Assembly: GCA_036381015.1 (NCBI GenBank)
Contig: DASVDR010000045.1
Span: 2,537 to 66,536 of the forward strand
Reading direction: 5' to 3'
DNA length: 64,000 bases
DNA from: Gammaproteobacteria bacterium
GTDB taxonomy: Bacteria; Pseudomonadota; Gammaproteobacteria; Steroidobacterales; Rariloculaceae
Below are positions 1 to 9,993 of this stretch, piece after piece. The stretch's first letter is position 1. Each line of letters opens with the position of its first letter. The notes beneath the pieces are model-generated. The model worked only from the letters and a program-made list of their open reading frames with translations, made no database searches and was not told the origin of the DNA. The position numbers and the translations under genes are program-made.

Positions 1-1
1 T

Positions 2-610
2 CAAATCCGAGCTCGCCGCGAACACCACGTCGACGTGCTCGAGCGCGGCGATCTCGTCGACGATCTCGACCCCCTTGGGGTTCTCGATCATCGCGACGAT
101 CATGATGTTGTCGTTGGCCTGCTGCCGGTAGCCGCGTCCCCACAGCGTGCCGTATTGTCCGCCGCCCTGGCTGCGTCTGCCGAGCGGCGGATACATCGCG
201 AAAGTGATGGCGTTCTCGACCTTCTCGATGGTGTCGACCATCGGCACGATCACGCCGAGCGCACCGATATCGACTGCCTTTTGAATGTCACCCTCGGTCG
301 CGTCGGGCACCCGGATGAACGGAATCGCCGGGCCCGGGCACGCGCGGATCATCGTGGCGACTTCCGAATAGGTCAGCGGGCTGTGCTGCATCTCGATCCA
401 GAGGAAGTCGAAGCCGGCGTTCGCCATCGCACAATAAACGTTCACGTCGGGCGAGGTGACGGTTCCTCCGACCACCTGACCTCCGGCCTCGAGCTTCGCC
501 TTTACCGTGTTGAAGTACTCCTGCGCCGGGACGGCTGTCGAGAAAGTCACCGCGCCCATCACCGTGAGAGCTTCGAACAACCTCGATCGAGCGGACCTGT
601 TCGTTCTCAT
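2..610 (-). CDS. HpcH/HpaI aldolase/citrate-lyase family protein with N-terminal signal peptide (3' end runs off window)
   Basis: Manual translation (absent from ORF track because no stop lies in the window): MRTNRSARSRLFEALTVMGAVTFSTAVPA-QEYFNTVKAKLEAGG...GFDFLWIEMQHSP...IRVP...DIGALGVIVPMV...YPPLGRRS...AMIENPKG. These are the family motifs. Confidence 0.85.
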   Translation of the reverse strand, partial: MRTNRSARSRLFEALTVMGAVTFSTAVPAQEYFNTVKAKLEAGGQVVGGTVTSPDVNVYCAMANAGFDFLWIEMQHSPLTYSEVATMIRACPGPAIPFIRVPDATEGDIQKAVDIGALGVIVPMVDTIEKVENAITFAMYPPLGRRSQGGGQYGTLWGRGYRQQANDNIMIVAMIENPKGVEIVDEIAALEHVDVVFAASSDL

Positions 611-765
611 TGTCGCCGACCTTCGAGCCGCGGAAGGATCGTTCGCCATCGTAGCACGCGAGCCAAGCGTCATCCGGGGGGAATGCGAGATGCAATTGCG
701 TCGTGGGACTGCTGCGAGGGTCCTGTTCGCCGCCGAGCGCGGGTGGTTGATCGAACGGAGTGTGG

Positions 766-1770
766 TCATTGTCTGCTCGCCGTTCCGGGGTCGACGGCCC
801 GGACGACGCGCTGGTCGATCACGCCGAACAGCGGGATCTCGCTCGTCGGGGCGCGCGCCTGCATGCGCACGCGCTCGCCGAAAGAAAGAAACGGCGTCGC
901 CGGCGCACCGTGATCGATGATCTCGATGGCCCGCCGCTCGGCGATGCAGCACGAGCCGTATTGCCGATAACCGCTGTGCGAGACGGTCCCGGAGCCGATG
1001 ATCGTGCCGGCACAGAGCATGCGTGTGCGGGCGGCATGCGCGATCAGGTCGTCGAAGCCGTAGGCCGCCTCCGTGGCCGGGACGGTCCCGAACGGCTCCC
1101 CGTTCCGCCATACCTCGAAGATCGCGGTGATGCGACCGTCGGTCCATGCGCTCTCGAGCTCGTCGAGCGTCACGGCGATCGGCGCGAGACTGCAGGCCGG
1201 CTTCGCATGGATGAAGCCGAAGCCGGTCCTCATCTCGAGCGGCGCCATTCTGCGCAGCGACCAATCGTTGATCTGCACCGCGAGCCGAATGCAGCGACCT
1301 GCGTCCACGGACTGCGTGCCGAGCGGCACCTCGCCCGTTATGATGCCGAGCTCACCCTCGAAATCGATGCCGTCCTGCTCGGACGGAAAAGGCACGTCCT
1401 CGGTCGGCGACAGGAAGCGATGCGACATGCCCTGATACATCAGCGGACCTTCGGTTTCGATCGGCGCCAGGTCGAAGGCCTTCTGCATGAGCTCCGCATG
1501 GGCAGGGAATACCGAGCCGTCGAGCCACTGCCAGGCGCGGGGCAGGGGCGCCGCAAGGGCGACGTCGGCGAGCGGGCGCGCATCGGGAATCCGACGTTCG
1601 TTCAGCCGCTCGTACAGCGCCTCGAGCGCGGCTTCGACCGTATCCCAGTGCTCGAGGGCCTCCTGCAAGGTACGGGCGATGCCGTCCGCGGGTGCGCAGA
1701 GCTCGAGATCCCGCGACACGACGAGCAAGCGGCCGTCGGCGGTGCCGGTGCGCTCGGTCGCGAGCTTCAT
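766..1770 (-). CDS. Fumarylacetoacetate hydrolase family protein
   Basis: PLPRAWQWLDGS, MYQGMS, DFEGELG, INDWSLR, GFGFIHAKP, GTIIGSGTVS, GSCCIAERR motifs. Confidence 0.9.
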   Translation of the reverse strand: MKLATERTGTADGRLLVVSRDLELCAPADGIARTLQEALEHWDTVEAALEALYERLNERRIPDARPLADVALAAPLPRAWQWLDGSVFPAHAELMQKAFDLAPIETEGPLMYQGMSHRFLSPTEDVPFPSEQDGIDFEGELGIITGEVPLGTQSVDAGRCIRLAVQINDWSLRRMAPLEMRTGFGFIHAKPACSLAPIAVTLDELESAWTDGRITAIFEVWRNGEPFGTVPATEAAYGFDDLIAHAARTRMLCAGTIIGSGTVSHSGYRQYGSCCIAERRAIEIIDHGAPATPFLSFGERVRMQARAPTSEIPLFGVIDQRVVRAVDPGTASRQ

Positions 1771-1798
1771 GTCCGCCCCGTCCGGCGAATCGCTTTGC

Positions 1799-2365
1799 TC
1801 ATGCGAGCTCCTCGTCGAATCGGCCGTCGATCAGAATGAACGCGATGCGGCACGGCTTGCCGGACCGGTTCGCCCAGCCGTGGTTCGTGCCGCGTTGGAT
1901 CACGATGTCGCCGGCACGGACGACGGTCTCGCTCTCGTCCAGAATCAGCGTGATTTCCCCTTCGAGCACGATGCCGTAGTCGATCGTCTCGGTGCGATGC
2001 ATGAACGGGTGCCGGGACCCGCTTCCGGTGTGTGAGGCCGCATCGGCCGCACCGACTTCCGCGAAGTGCGCCCGCGCCTGCTCCGGCGTGATTGCGCTGA
2101 AGCGCGGATCCTCCGGGGGGATGTCGAGCACCCGAATGCGGGTGCCGCTCTTTGGCGGCGCGAGCGTGATGCCGTCCTCGTGCGGCTCGCCGCCCGCACG
2201 GTCGATACGCGCCGGCGTTTCGCGCGTGTTCCAGACCTCGTAGAACAGAGGCCCGAGCTCGCCGCCGATACGCGCCGTACGGGGCGGCGGCCCGTCCTCG
2301 ATGATCACCGAGCGTCCGCGGTCATCGTGCCCCGTGACGATACGGCGAAAGGGTGCTCCGCTCAT
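1799..2365 (-). CDS. Cupin domain protein (FdeH-like)
   Basis: True start MSGAPFRRIVTGHD at 2365 overlaps the upstream stop (ATGA). Contains MHRTETIDYGIVLEGEI and GDIVIQRGTNHGWANRS. Confidence 0.88.
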   Translation of the reverse strand: MSGAPFRRIVTGHDDRGRSVIIEDGPPPRTARIGGELGPLFYEVWNTRETPARIDRAGGEPHEDGITLAPPKSGTRIRVLDIPPEDPRFSAITPEQARAHFAEVGAADAASHTGSGSRHPFMHRTETIDYGIVLEGEITLILDESETVVRAGDIVIQRGTNHGWANRSGKPCRIAFILIDGRFDEELA

Positions 2366-3549
2366 TGTCCGTGCGCTCCCGGATAGCCTCCGACAGAACC
2401 GCCGAGCGTCTCGGCGAACCAGTCGGCGATGTAGTCGCGCGCGAAGGTCATGTTGTCGGCGCCGACGTGCTCGACGCCGCCTTCGCGCGCGGTGAGAATC
2501 TTGAGCTCGCGGCGCGAGCTGTTCACGAGCTCCGCGTACGTGCGGCGCGCGTAGTCGAGCGGAATTTGCCGATCGCGCTCGCCGTGCACGACGAGGAACG
2601 GCACCTTGATTCGTTCGAGGATCCCGTCGAGATGCACGCCCGCCGATTTCGCGAGAAAGTCGTCGATGTCGCTCGCGCCGAACACCCACATCACGTGGTT
2701 CCAGTAGTGCGGCACGGGATGCTCGCCTTCGCGCTGCAGGCGCTTGCGCTGCACCTCGGCCCAATCGTGGTTCGCGCCCCACGCCGCGCCGCTAGCGAAG
2801 CGCGGCTCGAACGCCATCGCACGCGGCGCGAAGTAGCCCCCGAGCGAGATGCCGACGATGCCGATGCGCGCGGCGTCGATGTCGTCGCGCGCCGCGAGCC
2901 ATTCGTAGCACACGCTCGCCCAGCGCTCGCTCTCGTGCGTGGCGTGCAAGCCATGTAGCCGCAGCGATTCCCCGGTCCCCGGCTGGTCGACCGACAGCGT
3001 TGCAACGCCGCGGCGCGCGAGCGCGTGCGGCAGCGAGGACCAGTAGAGCAGCTCCTTGCAGCTGTCGAGGCCGTTGACGTAGAGCACGCATGGCGCTCGG
3101 CCTTCGCGGCCTTCGGCGCGGGTGAGCAAGGCCGGCATGACGGTGCCGGCATACGGAATCTCGATCCGCTCGGCGTTCTCGCGGCCGATCTCGATCGCAT
3201 GGCGGAACGCGCGCTGCGCTTTCGCGTACGTCGGCTCGCGGCCCGGATGCCCATGACCCTGCATCCGCTCCGCAACGAGATAGTAGAGTGCCGCGCGCTG
3301 CAGCTTCGCCGCCGCCGAAAGGAGCCTCCCTTTCGCTTCGTCCTCCGCCGCGAGCCCGACGAGGTTGTCGGCGACGGCGACCCACTGCGCGAGGAACTCC
3401 CCCGTGCCGGCATCCTCCCCGCGCGCCGCGGCTTCGAGCAACGGCCGGCACATGTCCTCGATCTCGCCGATCTGCCCGCCGCTCGCGAGCGCCATGTTGA
3501 CCGAGAGATTCCAGACGTAGTTGTTCGGGAAGTACTGAAAGAGCGCCAT
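2362..3549 (-). CDS. Alpha/beta hydrolase (2,6-dihydropseudooxynicotine hydrolase-like C-C hydrolase family)
   Basis: Start MALFQYFPNNYVWN; NGLDSCKE, DQPGTGE, nucleophile elbow GISLGG, C-terminal GGVEHVGADN. Confidence 0.88.
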   Translation of the reverse strand: MALFQYFPNNYVWNLSVNMALASGGQIGEIEDMCRPLLEAAARGEDAGTGEFLAQWVAVADNLVGLAAEDEAKGRLLSAAAKLQRAALYYLVAERMQGHGHPGREPTYAKAQRAFRHAIEIGRENAERIEIPYAGTVMPALLTRAEGREGRAPCVLYVNGLDSCKELLYWSSLPHALARRGVATLSVDQPGTGESLRLHGLHATHESERWASVCYEWLAARDDIDAARIGIVGISLGGYFAPRAMAFEPRFASGAAWGANHDWAEVQRKRLQREGEHPVPHYWNHVMWVFGASDIDDFLAKSAGVHLDGILERIKVPFLVVHGERDRQIPLDYARRTYAELVNSSRRELKILTAREGGVEHVGADNMTFARDYIADWFAETLGGSVGGYPGAHGQ

Positions 3550-3553
3550 CGCA

Positions 3554-4456
3554 CTAGACGCCCGCGGGCTGGAAGAGCCCCTTGTCGGGCTCCGCCGGCG
3601 GCATCGCTTTCGGCCCGCCGACGCCGATGCCCCACTGATCCATGATGCCGGGGCCGGGCTCGTAGACCGTCGGCTGCCACGTCGCGTCGTCCACGCGCTC
3701 GAGCTCGGCCGTGTATTCGACGGCGAAGCCGTTCGGCGTGACGAAGTAGCTGAACGCATTGTTGCCGGCCGTGTGCCGGCCGGGCCCCCAGCGTATCTCG
3801 ACGCCTTCGCCGCGGAGCCGCGCGATGCCGCGCATCATCTCGTCGATGCTCGCGACATCGTAGGCGACGTGGTTGAGGCACGGCGGGCCGGGCAGCAATG
3901 CGATGCGATGGTGCCATTCGTTGCAGCGCAGAAACACCATGAAGTCGCCGAGCCAGTCGCTCACGCGAAAGCCGAGCACATCGACGAAGAAGTCCGCCGC
4001 GGCCTTGTGATTCGGCGAGTGCAGCACGATGTGGCTGATCCGCACTGGAATCGCAGCACGCGGGGAGAGCTTCCGAGCCGCCCCTCGCTCGACGCCGCTC
4101 GAGACCTCGAACGGCAGGCCGTCAAGCGAAAAAAATCGGAAGCCGTAGCCGCCGCCGAGCGTCACGAGCGGGCCGGGAGGATGGACGACGCGGCAACCGG
4201 CCGCCTCGACCTTCTCGAAGAGCGCATCGACGTCCCGGTCGCTCGGCGCGGCGAGCGCAATCACATCGACGCGTTTGTCCTCTGCCTGCCGTAAGCGCAG
4301 CACGAAGAGCTCGTCGTGGCCCTCGGCCGCGAAGTAGATCAGCCCGTCACGCTCGGCGACCTGGCGCAGACCCCACTTGTCGGCATAGAACCGCCGCTCC
4401 GCCTCGAGGTCGGGCAGCGCAAGGCCGACGTAGCGAATCTCGGACACTCTGGACAT
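3554..4456 (-). CDS. VOC-family extradiol ring-cleavage dioxygenase
   Basis: GGAGG RBS then MSRVSEIRYVG; two VOC modules with ISHIVL, HHRIAL, LNHVAY, WGPGRHTAGNNAFSYF, VEY. Confidence 0.88.
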   Translation of the reverse strand: MSRVSEIRYVGLALPDLEAERRFYADKWGLRQVAERDGLIYFAAEGHDELFVLRLRQAEDKRVDVIALAAPSDRDVDALFEKVEAAGCRVVHPPGPLVTLGGGYGFRFFSLDGLPFEVSSGVERGAARKLSPRAAIPVRISHIVLHSPNHKAAADFFVDVLGFRVSDWLGDFMVFLRCNEWHHRIALLPGPPCLNHVAYDVASIDEMMRGIARLRGEGVEIRWGPGRHTAGNNAFSYFVTPNGFAVEYTAELERVDDATWQPTVYEPGPGIMDQWGIGVGGPKAMPPAEPDKGLFQPAGV

Positions 4457-4483
4457 GTCGCCTCCTCGAGCTTGCACGCCGCA

Positions 4484-5599
4484 TCAGATCGGCGCCGCGA
4501 TGACCTCGAACATCTCGGCCGTAGCCTTGGCCTGGTCCACCGGCGGCAGCAGCCCCAGTTGGCTGTCGCCGATCGCTTTCGAATGCTCGACGATATAGCG
4601 GCAGCGCTCGAAGCGCCTGGCCCGATAGGCCATGAACGCTTCCTCCGGCTCGGCCGCGCGCGCGAGCTCCTCGGCGAGCACGATCGCGTCCTCGATCGCC
4701 ATGCCGGCGCCCTGACCGAGATGCGGCGTCGTCGCATGCACGGCGTCTCCGAGCAGCACGACGCGGCCTTTGTGCCAATCGCCGCGCAGCAGGATCCATT
4801 CCAGCGGCTTGTAGACGACGGCCGCATCGTCGGTGATTCGACGCGCATACTCGGCGATGGAGGGCGGCGCGTCGCGCAGCTTGTCGCGCATGGCGCGAGC
4901 GAGGCCGGCGCGCGGATAGTGAGGATTGCCGGGCTCCGGCGTGGTCAAGAAGAGATACATGAGCCCGCCGCCGAGCGGCACCAGCCCCATGCCCATGGGA
5001 CCCGCGTGAGCGTGCAGGCTCACGACCTCGGGCGGGCGCGGAAAATTGTGACGCCACACGCCTTGACCCGTGAACTGCGGGCGCGGTGCGTCCGGGAACA
5101 GCTGCTCGCGGGTCGTCGAGCTCAAGCCGTCGGCGCCGATTACGACGTCGTAGCGCGCCGCGACGCCGTCCGAGAACGCGACCTCCACCTCGTCGCCCCG
5201 GTCGTCGATCGAGGTCGCCGTCACGCCGAGCCGGATTCGCGCGCCCGCCGCGCGTGCGCAACGACTCAGGACCTCGTGCAGCGCCCGGCGCCCGATGCCC
5301 AAATTCGCCGGGTAGTCCGCCACGAGCTTCGGCGAGGGCACCTTTGCGAGATGGACGCCCTCGGGCGAGAACACGTCGACGTGATCGAAACCGAACCCGG
5401 CATCGAGATACTCCTTGACGATACCGAGCTCGGCCATCGCGCGTATGACATTCGCCTGCTGGATGATCCCGACGCCGTAGACGGACCACTCTGGATCGCG
5501 CTCGATCATCTCGACGGCAAAGCCGCGCTTGCCGAGCGCGATCGCCGCCGTGAGCCCGCCGATGCCGGCCCCTATGATCAGAATGCGCGCTTCGTGCAT
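4484..5599 (-). CDS. FAD-dependent monooxygenase (aromatic hydroxylase)
   Basis: GAGIGG, IGADG, and GDAVHATTPHLGQGAGMAIEDA fingerprints. Confidence 0.92.
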   Translation of the reverse strand: MHEARILIIGAGIGGLTAAIALGKRGFAVEMIERDPEWSVYGVGIIQQANVIRAMAELGIVKEYLDAGFGFDHVDVFSPEGVHLAKVPSPKLVADYPANLGIGRRALHEVLSRCARAAGARIRLGVTATSIDDRGDEVEVAFSDGVAARYDVVIGADGLSSTTREQLFPDAPRPQFTGQGVWRHNFPRPPEVVSLHAHAGPMGMGLVPLGGGLMYLFLTTPEPGNPHYPRAGLARAMRDKLRDAPPSIAEYARRITDDAAVVYKPLEWILLRGDWHKGRVVLLGDAVHATTPHLGQGAGMAIEDAIVLAEELARAAEPEEAFMAYRARRFERCRYIVEHSKAIGDSQLGLLPPVDQAKATAEMFEVIAAPI

Positions 5600-5660
5600 C
5601 GCTCCCTCTGTTCACATGGAGCCGACCGCGCGCGGGCACAGGTGAGCGCGAAGGTAAGAC

Positions 5661-6506
5661 TCACTTCGAGTGCTTGTCGAAGAACTCGTAGATGTGCTCC
5701 TGGCTCGCGGTGATGATGGGGCCATGGGTGATGCCGGGTAGCTCGACGTATTCATGCTCCATACCGAGCTCTTCCATCGTTGCGACCCACGTGCGTGCAA
5801 GGTCGACTGGCACGAGCTCGTCGTCGCTGCCATGGACGATCATGACCGGAACGCCGGCCTCGTCGAGTCGTCCGAGAATCTCTGCACGGTTCTCGGTCAT
5901 CGAAAAGGCCGCCGGCGCGACCGCCGCGATCGCCGCCCAGATGTCGGCGTGCTTCGAGCCGAGGAACAGGGTTCCGGCGCCGCCCATGGAGTGGCCGGTC
6001 AGGTAGATCCGGTTCTCGTCGACGTTGAACTCGTCGCGGACCATCTCGAGCACGTTCATCACGTCCTTCTCGCTGAGCTCGGCGAGATTCTCGGGCGCGT
6101 TCTCCCCGCCAAAGCTACGGCCGCCCGGACCCCGTATCACCGGCGAGCCGTACCAGCCGCCGACGCTGTAACCCATCGGCGCGGCGAGGATGTAGCCGCC
6201 TTCCTCGGCGAGATCGACGGCCGTCGAGTTGCACATGATCTGCGGCGGGGCACCGAGGCCGTGCAAGGAAATGATCAACGGCGCCGGCTCGTCGGCGGAA
6301 ATCTTCGACGAAGCGAAGACGCAATAGGGAAGATCCTCGCCGGTATCGGCGAAGTGGTAGGTGCGGTCTTCGGCGCGCGGATCGCTGGCCCAGGTTCGTC
6401 CCTGGCCAGGCTGCGCGATCGCGGCCGACGACAGCAGCGTTAGGGTCAGACAGGATGCGATCGTCGCGACGGCAGTCGTCGCGCGTGTTGAGAGCTCGAG
6501 TCGCAT
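5661..6506 (-). CDS. Exported alpha/beta-hydrolase (esterase/peptidase, PHB-depolymerase-like)
   Basis: Signal peptide MRLELSTR...SSAAIA-Q; SLHGLG, GHSMGG, HGSDD, C-terminal catalytic His. The longer ORF start is upstream read-through. Confidence 0.8.
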   Translation of the reverse strand: MRLELSTRATTAVATIASCLTLTLLSSAAIAQPGQGRTWASDPRAEDRTYHFADTGEDLPYCVFASSKISADEPAPLIISLHGLGAPPQIMCNSTAVDLAEEGGYILAAPMGYSVGGWYGSPVIRGPGGRSFGGENAPENLAELSEKDVMNVLEMVRDEFNVDENRIYLTGHSMGGAGTLFLGSKHADIWAAIAAVAPAAFSMTENRAEILGRLDEAGVPVMIVHGSDDELVPVDLARTWVATMEELGMEHEYVELPGITHGPIITASQEHIYEFFDKHSK

Positions 6507-6657
6507 GACGAGGTTCTCCCCTTCGATGGTGTCATTTCTCGGAATGACAGCACGAGATTCAGCGATTCCGCCCGGCGGTGTCAATGGAACAACGGCTATG
6601 CTCCCTCGAGCGCCGGTTCCGTGCCATACTTGCCCGAGCTTCGCGAGGAGGGCAGGC

Positions 6658-8010
6658 GTGAACCAAAGCTTTCGGGTCGCGATAGCCGCACTGTCTCTCG
6701 CCGGCACCGCAGCGGCCGCGCAGCAGGCCGCAGACATCGGTTTCGTCAGCGTCGGCCGAGCGGCACCACTCGAGCACGATATCAATGAATACGAGCCGGT
6801 CGGCGCGAGCCTGTCGGCCGACGGGCAGTTCATCGGGTCGGCCCGTGCCGGTGAAACGCCCCCGGGCATCGAGCCCCTGCCACGGGATCTCTTCACGTCG
6901 AAAGACTATTACGCGGACCGGGAATTGTGGACGGACCCGCGCTACTTCCGCTGCAACAGCCCGCTCGCGATCGAGAGTCTTTGGGGCGGCAACGGCCCGA
7001 GCCTCATCGGTGACGACCCGCCCGGCTCCGCGCCGTGGGGCCGCTGCGATCGCGACTATCCTCGCGAGTCGATCGTGAGCCCGTATCCGTTCGATACCGC
7101 ACAAGCGCACTACGAGGCCTTGCTCGAGGAGACGCGCGAACGCGGCGGACCGACCAAGCACACGTACGCCACGGTTCCCGGGGACGAATGGAACGGCGTT
7201 TACCGCCAACCGCGCTTCGTGCCGGATAACGAGCACTGGTTCAACATGCGTCACGTGCAGGTGCCGACGATCCTGTCGCTGCTGACCGAGGAGTACCAGA
7301 CGCGTCTCGTGCAGGAGGTCTATCACCACGGCTACACGAACAAGCCGATGTGGCCAGCGCAGTTTTGCTGGCCGGAAGGCTTCGTGCGCCGCTGGCACGA
7401 GTGGGCGGCTTACGATCATTACATCCTGGTGACGCCCCAAGTCGTGCAGATTCTGGCGAGCGGTGCGCTCAACTTCATCACGAACATACACGTCGGGCGC
7501 GAGTTCAACATGGAGGGCCGCGTGCCGCGTCTCGGTGCCGACGTGCCGCGCTGGTACGGGGAGACGATCGGCTTCTGGGACGAGGACACGCTCATCACCT
7601 GGACCTCCAACATTCAGGGATGGAAGACGCATTCGGCGTTCGAGCATTCGAGCGAGATGCAGGCGATCGAGATCTACACGCCAATGCGCGACGAGGAAGG
7701 CGCTTTCCTCGGCCTCAATCACGAAGCGATCCTGTACGACCCGGAAGCGTTGGTCGAGCCGGTTCGCATCATCAGGAAGCTGGTCAAGATCGCCGAGTTC
7801 GACGATCCCGATGCAGTGCCGTACGTCTACACCGAATGCATCCAGACCATCTTCCCGATCGAGGGGACGGCGACGCCGGTCACGCCCGGCCGCGTGATCG
7901 AGTACGAGGTGCCCGACATTTATGGGCGGCCGTGGGCGCAGATCTGGCGAAAGTACTGGGAGCAAGGCATGCAGCCGCCCGCGGAGGACGACATATTCGA
8001 CTTCGAGTAG
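6658..8010 (+). CDS. Exported conserved hypothetical protein
   Basis: GAGGAG RBS, GTG start, signal peptide [23 protein letters not shown]; C-terminal CWPEGF...[16 protein letters not shown] domain. Confidence 0.75.
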   Translation: MNQSFRVAIAALSLAGTAAAAQQAADIGFVSVGRAAPLEHDINEYEPVGASLSADGQFIGSARAGETPPGIEPLPRDLFTSKDYYADRELWTDPRYFRCNSPLAIESLWGGNGPSLIGDDPPGSAPWGRCDRDYPRESIVSPYPFDTAQAHYEALLEETRERGGPTKHTYATVPGDEWNGVYRQPRFVPDNEHWFNMRHVQVPTILSLLTEEYQTRLVQEVYHHGYTNKPMWPAQFCWPEGFVRRWHEWAAYDHYILVTPQVVQILASGALNFITNIHVGREFNMEGRVPRLGADVPRWYGETIGFWDEDTLITWTSNIQGWKTHSAFEHSSEMQAIEIYTPMRDEEGAFLGLNHEAILYDPEALVEPVRIIRKLVKIAEFDDPDAVPYVYTECIQTIFPIEGTATPVTPGRVIEYEVPDIYGRPWAQIWRKYWEQGMQPPAEDDIFDFE

Positions 8011-8071
8011 CGGCAACGGTGTGTCGTCGATGACAGGCTGACGGCTCGTGGTGTACTTGGGAGGGGGGGCG

Positions 8072-9613
8072 ATGCGTCTTCGAGGCCTTTTTCGTGTTGC
8101 CGCGAGCGCGGCGGCGTCTTTGATCGTTCTCGCTGGGCCGGCTGCGGCGCAGGAAGACGCTGCCCGGCGCCTCCTTGAGTCGGCCGCGGAAGCGATGGGA
8201 GGCCTTGCGCGCCTCGAGAGCGCCCGCAACATCGTGCTCACCGGGTTCGGTCAGCGGCTCTATCAGGACGGCGGCGGCAATGTCACGGGCGACGTGAACG
8301 CGCCGCCGAAGTGGCGGGCGGTGGCCGACGCGCAGCGCACCTTCGACCTCAAGAACGGACGAGCGCTGAACCAGGAGCGGCTGAGCTACATGTTCCCGTT
8401 CGCCGCGCCTTTCGGTCACAGCTGGAATCGGACCGCGACGCTGCAGACGGGCGCGGACGTGCTGGATCATCCGGTGCCTGCTCTGCTCGAGGCGCTCGAT
8501 CCGAGCACCTCGCTCGGCGCGGTCACGGTCGAGGACGGGCAGTCCGTCGTGCAGTTCACGATCGAGGACGGCACGCCGATCTGGATGGCGATCGACTCCG
8601 CCACGGGGCTGCCGGCGTGGACGCGCCGCATCGTACCTCATGCGAACCTCGGCGACGTCGCCGTGACGTCGTACTTCACCGGCTACGTGCCCTATGACGG
8701 CATACGGCTGCCGCACGGTCTGATGACACGCCTCGACTGGCGAGATCAGATCACGCTGATGTTTCAAGTCGACTCCTACCGGGTCGATGTTCCGGAGGAT
8801 CAGTTGCCGGTCTTTCCCGATGCGCCGCGCGGCGGCGCTGCGCCTCCTGCGGCGGAACGCGAAGTCGTCGTGACCGAGCTTGCCGACGGCGTCTGGGATG
8901 TGCGAGTCGGCACGAACGGCGGCCCCGTCATAGAGTTCGCCGACCACTTGGTGATGTTCGAGGCGGGCGGGAGCCCGGCAGACACGCTGGCACGGATCGA
9001 CGCAGCGAACGAGCTCGCGGCGGGCAAAGAGGTGACCGCGGTCATCGTCAGCCATCACCACTTCGATCATACGGCGGGGCTCCGCGCAGCCGTTTCTCGA
9101 GGACTGGCCGTGATCTCGCACGCGGGCAACGAGGGCATCATCCGCGAGATGATCGAAAGGCCGGCCGTCGTCTTTCCGGACGCGCTCGCGATGAGCCCGC
9201 ACGATCTCGAGTTCGTGCCCGTCGACGATCACCTGGTTCTGGAGGACGACACGCGTCGGCTCGACATCTACCACGTGCTCGGACACTCGCACATGGCGAA
9301 TGCCGTATTCGCCTATCTGCCCGAGGAGCGGATCACGATGGAGGGCGATCTCGGCGACGAGGCGTGGACGTGGCATTGGTGGGCAGGCTCGTTGTCCGCG
9401 AACATCGATGCCTACGGTCTCGACCCGGTGCTGAACGTCGCGGTGCACGGGCCGCCCGGCGGGCTGCCGATCGACGAGACGCTCGCCAACATTCAGGCCC
9501 AGTCGGAAGCGGCGCAGGCCTTCTGCTCGGAGCAGGTCCAAGCCGGCATTTACTTCTTCGGCTGCCCCGTGCAGTACGACGCGTCCGGAGCGCTGCCGTT
9601 GTCAGCCAGATAG
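8072..9613 (+). CDS. Exported MBL-fold metallo-hydrolase
   Basis: Signal peptide ending GPAAA-QE; SHHHFDHTAG (HxHxDH) motif and later HSH and E-G-D metal ligands in the C-terminal half. Confidence 0.8.
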   Translation: MRLRGLFRVAASAAASLIVLAGPAAAQEDAARRLLESAAEAMGGLARLESARNIVLTGFGQRLYQDGGGNVTGDVNAPPKWRAVADAQRTFDLKNGRALNQERLSYMFPFAAPFGHSWNRTATLQTGADVLDHPVPALLEALDPSTSLGAVTVEDGQSVVQFTIEDGTPIWMAIDSATGLPAWTRRIVPHANLGDVAVTSYFTGYVPYDGIRLPHGLMTRLDWRDQITLMFQVDSYRVDVPEDQLPVFPDAPRGGAAPPAAEREVVVTELADGVWDVRVGTNGGPVIEFADHLVMFEAGGSPADTLARIDAANELAAGKEVTAVIVSHHHFDHTAGLRAAVSRGLAVISHAGNEGIIREMIERPAVVFPDALAMSPHDLEFVPVDDHLVLEDDTRRLDIYHVLGHSHMANAVFAYLPEERITMEGDLGDEAWTWHWWAGSLSANIDAYGLDPVLNVAVHGPPGGLPIDETLANIQAQSEAAQAFCSEQVQAGIYFFGCPVQYDASGALPLSAR

Positions 9614-9993
9614 GTGTCGGGTCCCGGACTGGATCCATAGCGGCGGTTCCATAAAAATTCACGGGACGACGAAAAGAAGGCCGTCGCGGCCGATGTTTGT
9701 GGCCACATCAGTCAGCAGGCGGTCAGGGGGCTTGGCGAGGGCCGCAGCAAGCTCGGCGAACCGGGACCGTTGAGCCCCGCCGCGCGCGCTGCCGCGCTAC
9801 TCGCTTCACGTGCTTCCACTCGTGGCAAGAACGGCGCCGAAGACGCCAGTGGAACACAGCAGAATCGTCAGGTTGGGGGTCGGACGAACGACTAACGCGG
9901 CTAGGCTTGCCGCAGGTCTACGGGTTATCTTTGGGGCAAGTGAGAATCCAACCGGCCTGCATCGCGGCCGCCTTCCGAGGGGGGAACAGAGAC

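Noticed and set aside
9614-9990. Long intergenic region, possible sRNA, riboswitch or small ORF
   Set aside because: No recognisable riboswitch consensus, repeat or credible ORF by eye; would need an Rfam scan.
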